64,000 nt of DNA, taken from assembly GCA_047602425.1 (NCBI GenBank), contig JASGHG010000001.1, forward strand, positions 256,001 to 320,000. The letters are read 5' to 3'. Under the pieces are notes generated by a model. It was not told the origin of the DNA and did not search any database. It saw only the letters and a list, made by a program, of their open reading frames with translations. This stretch comes from Nibricoccus sp. (GTDB taxonomy: Bacteria; Verrucomicrobiota; Verrucomicrobiia; Opitutales; Opitutaceae). Both the position numbers and the translations under genes were made by a program. Shown in pieces: positions 1 through 10,719 of this stretch; position 1 is the stretch's first letter, and every line of letters starts with the position of its first letter.

Positions 1-2
1 TC

Positions 3-281
3 GTCATCGCCGCGAAGGGTTACCCCGACAGTTTTCCGAAAGGCGACCCAATCACCTTTCCAACCACACTCCCATCGCAAACCGCCGTTCTCCACGCAGG
101 AACCAAGCTCGACGCCCAAAACCGCATCGTCACCAACGGCGGCCGCGTCCTCGGCGTGACTGCCCTCGCACCCACGCTGGCCGAAGCCGCCCAGCGCGCC
201 TATGCCGCTTGCGAATCCATCCAGTGCGCGAGCAAATACTATCGCCGCGACATCGGCGCCAAACAACTCAACCGCAAATGA
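3..281 (+). CDS. purD: phosphoribosylamine-glycine ligase, 3' end (partial)
   Basis: Frame from nt 3 reads VIAAKGYP...LHAGTK...TNGGRVLGVTA...YRRDIG, the GARS C-terminal motifs; TGA at 279-281. Confidence 0.92.
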   Translation, partial: VIAAKGYPDSFPKGDPITFPTTLPSQTAVLHAGTKLDAQNRIVTNGGRVLGVTALAPTLAEAAQRAYAACESIQCASKYYRRDIGAKQLNRK

Positions 282-982
282 AGCGTTCCGCCTCTTTCGT
301 CTTCCTCGTTCTCGCGCTGGCTTTTCCCTTCTGTTCCGGCCTCCGCGCCGCGATCGAAAAGGACCTCGGTCAGGCCTTGCTTTTTCTTCGCGTCACTGAC
401 GCCAGTGCGGACCAATCGCTCCTGATCGACACTATCGAGCGCCGCGCGGCGTTGGTGCTCGATCTCCGCGGTCTCAATGGCGACGCCGCTTTCGTCAGAG
501 CCTTGCACTCGGCGCTCGCAAAGCCGCCGCTTCCGCACGCGGTTCGCATGGTTTTGATCAACGCTGCCACCGCTCCCGCGATTGTCGCCACACTTGAAGA
601 TGACGCCTTGTTGTCCGTCATCACTCTCGGGCCTCGTTCTGCCAAGGTCATCGCAGACATTCAAATCACCATCACCGCGGAAGAAGAACGCCGCGCGCTG
701 GAGGCGCTTTCCAATGACACCCCTCTTGAAAAACTGATCAACTATAGCCGCGAAAAACGCCGCTACGACGAAGCCAAGCTCGTGCACGACCACGTCAATG
801 GTATCGCACCCTCCGATGATGAACTTCCCCTCGACGCCGAAGACGACACCGTAGCGCCCGACTCGCCGACCAAGAAAAAATCGGGCGATACCGCCAAGAA
901 AGCGGACCAGCCACCGCATGATCTTGTGCTCGAACGTGCCGTGCAGCTTCACCGTTCCCTGCTTGCGCTGAAAAAATTGTGA
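278..982 (+). CDS. exported hypothetical protein, weak resemblance to S41/Ctp protease fold
   Basis: ATG overlaps purD stop (ATGA); signal-peptide-like N-terminus; LVLDLRG and C-terminal DLVLERA motifs. Confidence 0.6.
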   Translation: MKRSASFVFLVLALAFPFCSGLRAAIEKDLGQALLFLRVTDASADQSLLIDTIERRAALVLDLRGLNGDAAFVRALHSALAKPPLPHAVRMVLINAATAPAIVATLEDDALLSVITLGPRSAKVIADIQITITAEEERRALEALSNDTPLEKLINYSREKRRYDEAKLVHDHVNGIAPSDDELPLDAEDDTVAPDSPTKKKSGDTAKKADQPPHDLVLERAVQLHRSLLALKKL

Positions 983-1032
983 GCGATATCGCGGTCTGCG
1001 GGAGCCCAGCTTCCGCCTTCGTGCACGACGAA

Positions 1033-2331
1033 TCAGGCCGCGTCTTCGTCAGAACTGACGGCCTTGGTATTTTTCCGAAGCGTCGGCCGGCGTTTGCCCG
1101 CCACGACTGATGCGTCGATTACGACTTCGTTGACATCCTCACGCTGCGGAAGCTCGTACATCACTTCGAGCATGAGCGTTTCCATGATCGAACGCAGCGC
1201 ACGGGCGCCCGTCTTGAGCTCGATTGCCTTCTGGGCGATAGCCTTGACGGCGTCGGGCGTGAAGCGGAGGCGTACACCGTCCATTGCGAACAGTTTCGAG
1301 TACTGTTTCACCATGGCGTTTTTCGTTTTCAGCAAAATCTTTTCGAGGTCGGCGATCTTGAGTTCGTCCAAAACCGAAACCACCGGCAAGCGGCCAATGA
1401 ATTCCGGGATCATGCCAAAACGAATCAGGTCCTCCGGCGCGAGTGCCTTCATCATTTCCTCGGGATGCAGCGTCGTCTCCTTCTGCGATTTGATCGCGGA
1501 GAAGCCGACACTGCGATGACCCATGCGACGTTGCACGATCTGGTCGAGACCGACAAAAGCGCCGCCGCAGATAAAAAGGATATTGCCCGTGTTGATCTGC
1601 ACGTACTCCTGATTCGGGTGCTTGCGGCCGCCTTGCGGGGGAACGTTGCAAACGGTGCCTTCGAGAATTTTCAGCAACGCTTGCTGCACGCCTTCGCCAG
1701 AAACATCGCGCGTGATCGAAACGTTTTCGGTTTTGCGCCCGATTTTATCGATTTCGTCGATGTAGATGATGCCGCACTCGGCTTTTTTCACGTCGTAGTT
1801 CGCTGCCTGCAAGAGGCGGAGCACAACGTTTTCCACGTCTTCGCCGACATAGCCGGCCTCAGTCAGCGTGGTGGCGTCGGAAATTGCGAAAGGTACGTCC
1901 AGGATGCGTGCGAGAGTCCGGGCGAGCAGCGTTTTTCCGGAACCAGTCGTGCCAACTAAAAGAATATTGCTCTTTTCGACCTCAACGTCGCTGAACTCAG
2001 GCGCCAGCGGTGTGGAATCCTTCGTCGTCTGCGCCGTGTCGAACATCAGGCGCTTGTAATGGTTATAGACCGCGACCGAGAGGACTTTTTTGGCGTGATC
2101 CTGACCGATGACAAAATCGTCGAGTGTTTTTTTGACCTCGGAAGGCTTGACCAAACGAACGCTCGGGCGCGCTTCGGCGGCCGGTTGCTTGATTTCACGG
2201 TCGATGATCGTCTTGCAGACGTTCACGCAGGAGTCGCAAATATAGACGCCTGGCCCGGCGATGATTTTTTTCACCTCGGCCTGCGATTTCCCGCAGAAGG
2301 AGCAGAGCGTCATGCGCGACGATTTGGCCAT
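1033..2331 (-). CDS. clpX: ATP-dependent Clp protease ATP-binding subunit ClpX
   Basis: CSFCGK zinc finger, GTTGSGKT Walker [30 protein letters not shown]. Confidence 0.98.
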   Translation of the reverse strand: MAKSSRMTLCSFCGKSQAEVKKIIAGPGVYICDSCVNVCKTIIDREIKQPAAEARPSVRLVKPSEVKKTLDDFVIGQDHAKKVLSVAVYNHYKRLMFDTAQTTKDSTPLAPEFSDVEVEKSNILLVGTTGSGKTLLARTLARILDVPFAISDATTLTEAGYVGEDVENVVLRLLQAANYDVKKAECGIIYIDEIDKIGRKTENVSITRDVSGEGVQQALLKILEGTVCNVPPQGGRKHPNQEYVQINTGNILFICGGAFVGLDQIVQRRMGHRSVGFSAIKSQKETTLHPEEMMKALAPEDLIRFGMIPEFIGRLPVVSVLDELKIADLEKILLKTKNAMVKQYSKLFAMDGVRLRFTPDAVKAIAQKAIELKTGARALRSIMETLMLEVMYELPQREDVNEVVIDASVVAGKRRPTLRKNTKAVSSDEDAA

Positions 2332-2402
2332 GGAAACAAGTGAGTTGGGAAACTGAGCGGAGTCGAGGAAGAGTTTGCGTTATTCCCCAGCTTATCGGCA
2401 CA

Positions 2403-2431
2403 AAAGCGTCCGACTTTGAATCGGACGCTTT
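2403..2431 (-). terminator. intrinsic terminator-like hairpin between clpP and clpX
   Basis: aaagcgtccga-N7-tcggacgcttt perfect 11 bp inverted repeat with a short T run on the minus strand. Confidence 0.55.
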
Positions 2432-2479
2432 GAGAAAGATCGTTGCAAACGCCCGCGAGTAAGCAGGCGATGCGCCAGA

Positions 2480-3100
2480 TCAGGCTGCCGGTTTGGTCGC
2501 AAGCGACTGCGCTGCGCGGGTTGACTCGACGACATGATCCACGATGCCGTAGTCTTTGGCTTCCTGCGCGGTCATGTAGTAGTCGCGGTCGGAATCTTTT
2601 TCGACCTGCTCGGCGGTTTTGCCGGTGTGCTTGGCAATGGTTTCGTTGAGCACCTTCCGCCAGCGGAGAATTTCGCGCGCGGCGATGGCAATGTCGGCGG
2701 CCTGGCCGCCAGCACCGCCCGAGGGTTGGTGAATCATCACACGGCTGTTGGGTAGCGCGAAACGTTTGCCCTTGGTGCCGGCGGAAAGAATCACCGTGGC
2801 CATGCTTGCGGCCATGCCGATGCAATACGTCACAACGTCGCATTGAAGGAAGTTGATCGTGTCGTAGATCGCCATGCCACCGGTAACAACGCCACCGGGC
2901 GAGTTGATGTAAAGGTGGATGTCCTTTTTGGGATCCTCCATCTGCAGGAACAGCAGCTGTGCGATGACGTTGTTGGTGACCACATCGTCGATCGGCGAGC
3001 CGATGAAGATAATGCGATCCTTGAGGAGACGGCTGTAGACGTCCCACTGACGTGATTCGCGGCCGGTGTTTTCCCAGACTGTCGGAAGATAATAGCTCAC
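2480..3100 (-). CDS. clpP: ATP-dependent Clp protease proteolytic subunit
   Basis: [38 protein letters not shown] motifs. Confidence 0.98.
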   Translation of the reverse strand: MSYYLPTVWENTGRESRQWDVYSRLLKDRIIFIGSPIDDVVTNNVIAQLLFLQMEDPKKDIHLYINSPGGVVTGGMAIYDTINFLQCDVVTYCIGMAASMATVILSAGTKGKRFALPNSRVMIHQPSGGAGGQAADIAIAAREILRWRKVLNETIAKHTGKTAEQVEKDSDRDYYMTAQEAKDYGIVDHVVESTRAAQSLATKPAA

Positions 3101-3122
3101 AAAACCCTTTTGTTACTCGTGT

Positions 3123-4445
3123 TTAGGACTTCGGTTCGACTGTTTTAACCGTAGCCTTGGAGACGAGTAAATCAAGGGTCTTGTCGAAAATGATCGACTG
3201 TTGGATGGAGCGGAGACGTTCGCGGTCTTTCGAAAGATCCTTCACCAGCTTGTCGGGGCGGGCGTTGTTCATCATCGCCTCGCGGTAAATGTAAGCGTCG
3301 ATGTCCTGTTCGGTGACGCTGACTTTTTCCTGTTCGGCAATCTTGGCGAGGATGAGCTGCGTTTTGACGCGACCGACGGCAGCGGCTTTGGCGCTTTCAA
3401 AGAGTTGTTTCTTGTCCTTCTCGAACTGCTCCTGCGGAACGCCGCGGCGCATGTTTTCCTCGATGAAACTGCGGAGGACGTTCTGTGTTTCGCCTTCGAC
3501 CATGCTGTCCGGAACGGCGAAGTTGACCTTGGCCGAAAGCGTTTCGGCGATCTGGCGGCGCTGCGCCTGACGATTGCCGTGTTCCTTGCGGGCTTTGAGA
3601 TTCGTGGCCACCTTGGCCTTCAGCGCGTCGATATTTTCGACCTGCTGGGCTTTGAAAAATTCAGCGTCCATCGGCGGAAGAACGCGCTCGCGGATTTCCT
3701 GAACTTCGACGGCATAAACCGCGTTCTTGCCCGCAAGAGCGGGAACGGCGGCGAAATCGGCCGGGAAGGAAACCGTGACGTCTTTCTTGTCGCCCTTCGC
3801 GAGCCCGGCGAGTTGTTTGCCGAGACCGGGGATGAGGCCTTCCTGCTCACCTTCGACTTCTTCCCAAGTTTGCGGGACTTTGCTGTAGATCTGTTTGTCG
3901 GGGGCGATTTCGAGAATCGATTTGCCGTCGACGGTGCCTTCGTAGGCGAGCTTGACGTAGTCGCCCTTGGCGGCGGGGCGCTCGGCGACCTTGAAATCGG
4001 CGCGCTCGGCTCGCATTCCCTCTACCACTTGGTTGATCTCCGCTTCGCTCGCGTCGACCGGAAGAATTTCCGTGGCCAGACCGGTGTACTCGGGCAGTGT
4101 GAAAGTCGGTCGGACATCGAGTGTGAACGAAATCGATGCGGCCTTGGAGGCGTCGATTTCGCCCGGCTCCACGTTGGTGAGGGAAAGGACATCGAGCTTC
4201 GTCTGCTCAAGACCGCTGCGATAGGCTTTGCTGACGACCTTCTGCTTGAACTCTTCGGCGATCTCCTTGCCGTAATGCTTCTGAATCAGGGCGGCGGGCG
4301 CTTTGCCGGGGCGGAAGCCAGGCAGGCGGGCCATCTTGGCGAATTCGGCCACAGTGGCCTGATGCTCGGCGGCGACCTCGGTTTGATCGAGGGAGACCAC
4401 AAGGTTCTTGCGCGTTTCGGAGACGTCTTTGATTTCGGTGTTCAC
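3123..4445 (-). CDS. tig: trigger factor
   Basis: LPGFRPGKAP ribosome-binding signature, FKBP-like middle domain, tig-clpP-clpX synteny. Confidence 0.96.
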   Translation of the reverse strand: MNTEIKDVSETRKNLVVSLDQTEVAAEHQATVAEFAKMARLPGFRPGKAPAALIQKHYGKEIAEEFKQKVVSKAYRSGLEQTKLDVLSLTNVEPGEIDASKAASISFTLDVRPTFTLPEYTGLATEILPVDASEAEINQVVEGMRAERADFKVAERPAAKGDYVKLAYEGTVDGKSILEIAPDKQIYSKVPQTWEEVEGEQEGLIPGLGKQLAGLAKGDKKDVTVSFPADFAAVPALAGKNAVYAVEVQEIRERVLPPMDAEFFKAQQVENIDALKAKVATNLKARKEHGNRQAQRRQIAETLSAKVNFAVPDSMVEGETQNVLRSFIEENMRRGVPQEQFEKDKKQLFESAKAAAVGRVKTQLILAKIAEQEKVSVTEQDIDAYIYREAMMNNARPDKLVKDLSKDRERLRSIQQSIIFDKTLDLLVSKATVKTVEPKS

Positions 4446-4612
4446 GTTGAAAAAATGGCGGGCGGGTTTTGCTTGTATGAACCGATCAACTTACGGAACG
4501 CCTCTGCTCGCGGTCAATGCCGGATTCACGACTAAAAAACATGCCAACCGTTCCGTTTGATTGATCGGATGTGTTTTTTTGCCAAACTTCGCTGCAACCC
4601 CAACTTACCATT

Positions 4613-6868
4613 ATGCGTTTTCGTCGTCTGCTCTCCTCCTGTGTCGCCTTGTTTTTCGCCTCCGCCATTTTCGCCGCCCAACCTATGACCGACGCCGAAA
4701 TCGAGACTGCCGTCGAAAAGCTGCTCTCGCAAATGACACTCGCCGAGAAAATCGGCCAGATGAGCCAGCGCCATTACAACACCAAGTCGGCCAACAATCC
4801 CGTCGACTCCGCGGCCGCCGTGCGCACCGGGCAGGTTGGCTCGTTCCTGAACCCCGATTCGGTTGAAACCGTTAACAAGCTCCAAAAAATCGCGGTCGAA
4901 GAAAGCCGGCTGAAAATTCCGCTCATCTTCGGCATCGATGTCATCCATGGCTACCGGACGCTCTTCCCCATTCCAGTGGCTCAATCGTGCAGCTGGAATC
5001 CTGAATTGATCGAAGCCGCCGGTCGCGTCGCCGCCGTCGAGGCCTCCTCCGCCGGCATTCGGTGGACCTTCGCACCAATGGTGGACGTCACCCGCGACGC
5101 TCGCTGGGGACGCATCGCCGAAACTCTCGGCGAAGATCCCTATCTTTCCGGCCGCCTCGGCGCCGCGATGGTCCGCGGCTTCCAGGGCAAAAAACTTTCC
5201 GCACCCGACAGCATCGCCGCCTGCGCCAAGCATTATGTCGGCTATGGCGCCGCCGAAGGTGGACGCGACTACAACACCACGCTCATTCCCGAAGCCGAAC
5301 TACGCAATATCTACCTTCCCTCGTTCCGCGCCGCCAAGGAGGCCGGCGTGCAAACGTTCATGAGCGCCTTCAACGATATCAACGGCGTTCCCGCCTCCGG
5401 CAACGTCTTCACGCTTCGTCAAGTCCTCCAAAAGGAATGGGGCTTCGACGGTTTCGTCGTCAGCGATTGGGAATCCGTGAAGGAAATGATCGCCCACGGA
5501 GCCGCCGCCGACCTGCGCGACGCCGCTCGCCTCGGCATCAATGCCGGCGTCGACATGGAAATGGTTTCCACGTCCTACCGCGACCACGGTGAATCGCTCC
5601 TGCGCGAAGGCTCCATCTCGCCCGCCATGCTCGACGATTCCGTGCGTCGCATCCTCCGCGTGAAATTCCGTCTCGGGCTTTTCGACAACCCTTACACAGA
5701 TACAACCCGGCCCACCCCGCTCCTTTCCGACGAAAATCTCCGCGTGGCCCGCGCTCTCGCGACCGAGAGCATGGTCCTTCTCAAGAACGAAAAACAGCTC
5801 CTGCCCCTTTCGCCCGACAAAACCGACACCGTCGCCGTCATCGGCCCGCTGGCCGACAGCGGGGTCGACATGCGCGGGTGCTGGTCCTGCCGGGGCGAGG
5901 CCAGCGAATGCCGCACCGTGTATTCAGTTTTCAAGGACTACGTCGGCCCGAAGGGCAAGGTCCTCTACGCCCCCGGACTCGAACACGCCTCCAGCACCAA
6001 AACTTCCGGTATTTCCCATGCGGTCAAGACCGCGAAGAAAGCCGATGTCGTCGTCCTCTGCGTGGGCGAACCGCACGAACTTTCGGGCGAGGCCCGCTGC
6101 CGCGCTTTCCTCGATTTGCCCGGTGCGCAAAATGAATTGATCTCGGCCATTGCCGACACCGGCAAGCCCATTGTCCTCGTCGTCTTCGGCGGACGTCCCC
6201 TCACCTTTCCGAAGGCCGCCGCGCAAGCGCAGGCCATTCTTTTTGCGTGGCACCCGGGCACAATGGCCGGCCCCGCCATCTGCGACTTGCTCTACGGCCG
6301 CTCGAATCCTTCCGGCAAACTCACCACCACCTTCCCGCGATACGTTGGCCAGATCCCGCTGTATTATAATCACCGCAACACCGGCCGCCCCGTGCCCCAA
6401 GATCCGAAAGCCGCGCAAACTCCGCTCGGCACCGCCGAAGATCCGAAGGGATACTATTCCCAGTATCTAGATCTGCCCCAAGCCCCCGCCTATCCCTTCG
6501 GCTATGGACTTTCCTATACCACCTTCGCGTATTCCGACCTGAAGGTCGAAGGTCCGGACGCCAGCGGCATCATTGCCGCAACCGTCACTATCGCTAATAC
6601 CGGCAACCGCGATGGAATTGAAATCGTTCAGCTTTACACGCGTCAACTCGTTGGCTCGCTCACCCGCCCTGTGAAGGAATTGAAAAATTTCCAACGCGTC
6701 GAACTGAAGGCGGGCGAAAAACGCACTGTCCGTTTCGAATTGCCGAAACAATCCCTAGGTTACTATAACAACGCCGGCCGATTCCTTCTCGAACCCGGCA
6801 AATTCCTGCTCTGGATCGCCCCCAATTCCGCCGAAGGAAAACCGGTGGAGTTCGTGCTGGGACAGTAA
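4613..6868 (+). CDS. secreted GH3 beta-glucosidase (BglX-like)
   Basis: Signal peptide; MTLAEKIGQM, DVIHG, RDARWGR, KHYVGYG, GFVVSDW nucleophile, YPFGYGLSYT, Fn3-like C-terminus. Confidence 0.93.
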   Translation: MRFRRLLSSCVALFFASAIFAAQPMTDAEIETAVEKLLSQMTLAEKIGQMSQRHYNTKSANNPVDSAAAVRTGQVGSFLNPDSVETVNKLQKIAVEESRLKIPLIFGIDVIHGYRTLFPIPVAQSCSWNPELIEAAGRVAAVEASSAGIRWTFAPMVDVTRDARWGRIAETLGEDPYLSGRLGAAMVRGFQGKKLSAPDSIAACAKHYVGYGAAEGGRDYNTTLIPEAELRNIYLPSFRAAKEAGVQTFMSAFNDINGVPASGNVFTLRQVLQKEWGFDGFVVSDWESVKEMIAHGAAADLRDAARLGINAGVDMEMVSTSYRDHGESLLREGSISPAMLDDSVRRILRVKFRLGLFDNPYTDTTRPTPLLSDENLRVARALATESMVLLKNEKQLLPLSPDKTDTVAVIGPLADSGVDMRGCWSCRGEASECRTVYSVFKDYVGPKGKVLYAPGLEHASSTKTSGISHAVKTAKKADVVVLCVGEPHELSGEARCRAFLDLPGAQNELISAIADTGKPIVLVVFGGRPLTFPKAAAQAQAILFAWHPGTMAGPAICDLLYGRSNPSGKLTTTFPRYVGQIPLYYNHRNTGRPVPQDPKAAQTPLGTAEDPKGYYSQYLDLPQAPAYPFGYGLSYTTFAYSDLKVEGPDASGIIAATVTIANTGNRDGIEIVQLYTRQLVGSLTRPVKELKNFQRVELKAGEKRTVRFELPKQSLGYYNNAGRFLLEPGKFLLWIAPNSAEGKPVEFVLGQ

Positions 6869-6932
6869 AACCTTCGTCCGCGCAACAGATTTCAACCGTC
6901 TCTGCAGCAATATCGGGCTGCACGTGGGCATT

Positions 6933-9560
6933 TCAGTTTGGCCCTACGAGTTCGTAATGCAGCGTTTCGTCCTCCGCTGAAGCAGTAAAACGAATGGCGC
7001 CGTCCACCTGCGCGGTCCCTATCTCCTTTTTTCGCGTTCCATCGGGCGCAAGGGCGTAAACTTTGCGTGGCGCAATGCCGGCGAGCAAGATGGTTGCGGG
7101 GACGTACTCGGCTATTGTCGGCCCGTGACCCCATTGGTTGGAGACCGACGTTCGGCTGGCATTCCAGATCATACCTTGATTTTCCGCACGAGCGACCAGC
7201 GTCACCAAAACGCGGCTGGAGATGGCAAGTGGTTTGCCGTCAAGGGCAATGGCGGAAACAGTCGCGAAGTCCCGACCGAACCGAGGACAGATGATCTGCA
7301 AATCCCCTGCCTCAACCGTCGCACCGCCCAAGTAACCCGTCGCGACTGCCACATGCTCGGCCGACGCGAGCAACACGGAACCTTGCGGCGCTTTGACGAC
7401 ATGCGCCGGTTTTGTATCGGTCGTCCCACTTCGGATAATTTTGGCGTTTCCCGTCACCGGCTTGTCGCTGATTTGCAGGCGGCAGTCGAGAAAGTCGAAT
7501 GGGCGGTCGGGATTGAGCTTTGCCCAGAGCATGTCGAAATGCATGGCTTCGCCCCACACGGGCGTGCCAGGCACGAGTTCAGCGACGGCCTCCGCCCGCG
7601 GAATCAAACCCTGGCGGAAAAGCCGCGTCGCAAAAGGAGCGAGTGCCCATTTCGCAGGGTGATTGATCTGGTCGAAAAAGTCCGAGATGCGGCCGTCGGG
7701 ATTCTCCGGGCCATAGGCGCCCAGATCGAAGACGTAAATCGCATCCCAATTTTGACGACAGGCGAAGATGGCGAGCCCCGGGTACATTTCGCAGGCATAT
7801 TCGTTCGGCGCGGCATGATCGTATTCGCTGACAGAATACGGTTTACCGGCGACACGGTGCTGGGCCAGTTCGCCGAGCACGCCAAAACGCCTGGGGCCAA
7901 AGGCGGACACCTGCGGCGTGTTGCGAATGGTCCAGTTCTGCCGGTCCCAATCGCCACCAGGAAAATCGGGATGCTGCCAGTAAGTGTGCGTGTCCGCAAA
8001 ATCCATCGACTGTTCGCGATCGAGCGCGGTGAGGCCGGAAAAGTTGATTTGCGAGCAGATGATCGGTGCCTTCACCTTCAACTCGTCCCGCAGAAAGGCG
8101 CGCATTTCCTCAGCAAAGGCGCGGTCCGTGTCGGCAAGGAAATGTATCCAATCAGCCCATTGCCGCGTGGATGGTTCGCCGGGCAAGGAAATCGTGCGGT
8201 CTTCGAGAGACTCACCCGACTTCAATCCGCCGCTGACGGCGCCGGCAACAAACGTCAGGCCGCGAATCTCGATGGTGTTGGGTTGAGCGGCGACGTTGAA
8301 GCTGAGCGCGGCACGACCACCGGCAACCGAATGCGCCGGAAAGCTCAGCCGGACGGGCGTCCAGGATTTGGCGATATCGACTTTCTCAAGAAGCCCGAGA
8401 CTGCGCCATACCTCGTCGGGCCGGAACAGCAGGTCGTTGGAAACGCCGATGCCGAGTTTCCCCGGCGTGCTGGCGCGCGCCTCAAACGCAACGGTGTAAA
8501 CCACGTTGTCCTCCAATTTGAGTCCACGGGTGGAAATTTGAACGTGCCAGTCGGTCCCGCTCGTTTTTTCGACAACAACTGCAAAACTGGACGCGTCCTT
8601 GCCGGGCTTCAACGTGGCCGCACTTCCGGGCTGCGTTTTCTCCATCCATTGGGCCGAGGCGAAGTCGATAATCGAAGCGGTTTTGGCGGTTTCTTTTGGA
8701 TTTTTCCAGGCGGCGCCCAAAGCGTCTGTGTCACGATAACGACGGGCAAGCCAGTCATTCCACTTCAGCCGCAGGTCGATGCGAAAAGGTTCGGGAAATG
8801 TCTCGGTGCCACGGCCTAGATCGCGCGTGAAAAATCCGAGCAGCGAATTCTCGTTGTTGATTTCGATGACAGCGACCGCGGGATCGTCGGCTAGAGCAAG
8901 GCCGGTGTACGGGTTTTTCTTCGTGAGCAAATGCCGGGCAAATTCCTTCTGGAGCTCAATCATGCGGCGATCGAAAAAGTCGACCCGCTTCTGAAAGTGC
9001 GGTATCTGGCTGACAGAAGCGGGAAAACCGTCGTCCACACCCAGCGTCTTGGAAACCTTGAGATTGAGGTTCGTGTAGATGCCGTGGCGGGCGAGCGTGG
9101 CAATAAGCCGATGGATTTTGTCGATCTGCGCTGGATCGGGCTCGCGCCGCGATGAACGTTCCTTTGACCAGAGACTGCCGCCGCTTTCCACCGCCCAAGG
9201 ATTGTCGAGATGATGGAGGCGGGCGATATTGATCCCGCCCTTGGCCAATCGACGAGCCAGCCTTTCCGCCTCCTCAGCAGATGGGAAGGCTTGGTTCGCC
9301 CCGATATTGACGCCAAAGAATCGGATGAGGCGGCCGTCGCCTCTAACGAACATCCCGTTGCTCGCCGTAATGCGTCCGGTCGCGCCCGCCGGCTCGGCAT
9401 TGAGCCCAGCCGCGTCGAGCGCGGTGCCATCGACCGGCTCGATCATTGGCCACACAAACCAGCCTTGGGGCGTGTTTGCAGGTTCGGCTGCGTTCGTTAA
9501 AAATGTAGATCCACAAAAAAGGCCCAGTACAACAAGGAACGCGGCGGGGAAACGGGTCAT
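6933..9560 (-). CDS. secreted clan GH-A (GH5-like) glycoside hydrolase with inserted CBM4/9-like module
   Basis: RFFGVN, GINIARLHH, NPYTG..DDPAVAVIEINNEN, GKPYSVSEY; central beta-rich insert (WHVQI...YTVAFEARA). Confidence 0.75.
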   Translation of the reverse strand: MTRFPAAFLVVLGLFCGSTFLTNAAEPANTPQGWFVWPMIEPVDGTALDAAGLNAEPAGATGRITASNGMFVRGDGRLIRFFGVNIGANQAFPSAEEAERLARRLAKGGINIARLHHLDNPWAVESGGSLWSKERSSRREPDPAQIDKIHRLIATLARHGIYTNLNLKVSKTLGVDDGFPASVSQIPHFQKRVDFFDRRMIELQKEFARHLLTKKNPYTGLALADDPAVAVIEINNENSLLGFFTRDLGRGTETFPEPFRIDLRLKWNDWLARRYRDTDALGAAWKNPKETAKTASIIDFASAQWMEKTQPGSAATLKPGKDASSFAVVVEKTSGTDWHVQISTRGLKLEDNVVYTVAFEARASTPGKLGIGVSNDLLFRPDEVWRSLGLLEKVDIAKSWTPVRLSFPAHSVAGGRAALSFNVAAQPNTIEIRGLTFVAGAVSGGLKSGESLEDRTISLPGEPSTRQWADWIHFLADTDRAFAEEMRAFLRDELKVKAPIICSQINFSGLTALDREQSMDFADTHTYWQHPDFPGGDWDRQNWTIRNTPQVSAFGPRRFGVLGELAQHRVAGKPYSVSEYDHAAPNEYACEMYPGLAIFACRQNWDAIYVFDLGAYGPENPDGRISDFFDQINHPAKWALAPFATRLFRQGLIPRAEAVAELVPGTPVWGEAMHFDMLWAKLNPDRPFDFLDCRLQISDKPVTGNAKIIRSGTTDTKPAHVVKAPQGSVLLASAEHVAVATGYLGGATVEAGDLQIICPRFGRDFATVSAIALDGKPLAISSRVLVTLVARAENQGMIWNASRTSVSNQWGHGPTIAEYVPATILLAGIAPRKVYALAPDGTRKKEIGTAQVDGAIRFTASAEDETLHYELVGPN

Positions 9561-10049
9561 TGTTAAAATGGCTGTGCGTGAGCGAGCGAAATATGAGCGG
9601 TGAAACTAACTCGTTGAACCAGGAAAGTGGAAAAAAATTAGGACATGACGGTGGCTGGCGAAAACAATTGCCGAACAGGTTATAAGACCCAACCATGCGC
9701 AATGCGGACGAGGCAACCCGAGACCGAGCTAAATAGGAATCGGACTGCGAGTGACGGAATGGGAAACGGGAAGCGGATTCAAATGCAGAAAATTGAGACT
9801 GGTGTTCGCACCATTAAAAGTCCTTGCCGCCGTATTGTATCGTTCGACGGCTCGCATAAACCGCCGGCAAAGCGACCCCGCCGATCCGCGTTATACTCTG
9901 TTTGTCATTGTCTTATAAAACACCATTCCACGTGCCATGACTACTTTTCATCCGTTCACAAAAACGGCCGCTCTTTTGAATAATCGTGGGCAGAACACTA
10001 TTGGAGTTGAAGGAGTACAATTCTGGGGGTATTCAATCTTGCACTACTA

Positions 10050-10259
10050 ATGTCTAGCGCTCTCCAGATTGCTTCAGTTGCCCTGTGTGCCTGCGTGGTC
10101 TTCGTCTTGTTTCTTATCAGGCGTTCGCCGGCTGGAACTGAAGACAAACGGGGATTTCACGCCGATGAACAGGCTGAAGAAGCCGATGAACGCCGGGTTT
10201 CCAAACCGATCGATCAGACCGCTGCGGTCCCCTGCAAATCGACGGTTTTGAAAAAATAA
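10050..10259 (+). CDS. small single-pass membrane protein
   Basis: 69 aa ORF, hydrophobic N-terminus followed by PAGTEDKRGFH. Confidence 0.45.
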   Translation: MSSALQIASVALCACVVFVLFLIRRSPAGTEDKRGFHADEQAEEADERRVSKPIDQTAAVPCKSTVLKK

Positions 10260-10719
10260 AAAGACCGGTCGTTTACCATTTTGGTTGGCGCGGAAAAAAA
10301 CTTCCGCGGATTCGGCGTAAGGTAAGCACGGTTTCTGCTACAGCGTAGTGCACTAAAAACTGCACACCTATTTGTCCGCTGGGGAGAATTCATTTCCACC
10401 TGCGAAAAGATTCGAGGGACCACACTATTTTTCAACGAAGCATCACTGCGAACTGCACGAATCGAACAAGAAAACTGCACGCTTTTGCGCATCACCACGA
10501 GGCCATGAATTATATATCTTCACCACAGCGCCCCGAGGTATTTCCGATAAGCGCATAGGGATTTTTCTGAGCGGAACAAATTTTTTGCGAAGTGTTCTAT
10601 TGCACGACTTGAACCAGGGAGCGTCCACGTATCGGACGAAAAAACATTCAGCGTATTAACAACTGCACCAACCAAAGCGGCTGCCTAAAAGCCAAAATGT
10701 CGACGATCACCACCAACGC

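Noticed and set aside
3201..4535. Long antisense ORFs opposite tig, and similarly 7125-8819, 53792-54985 and 57379-58668
   Set aside because: Shadow frames of well-supported genes in high-GC DNA
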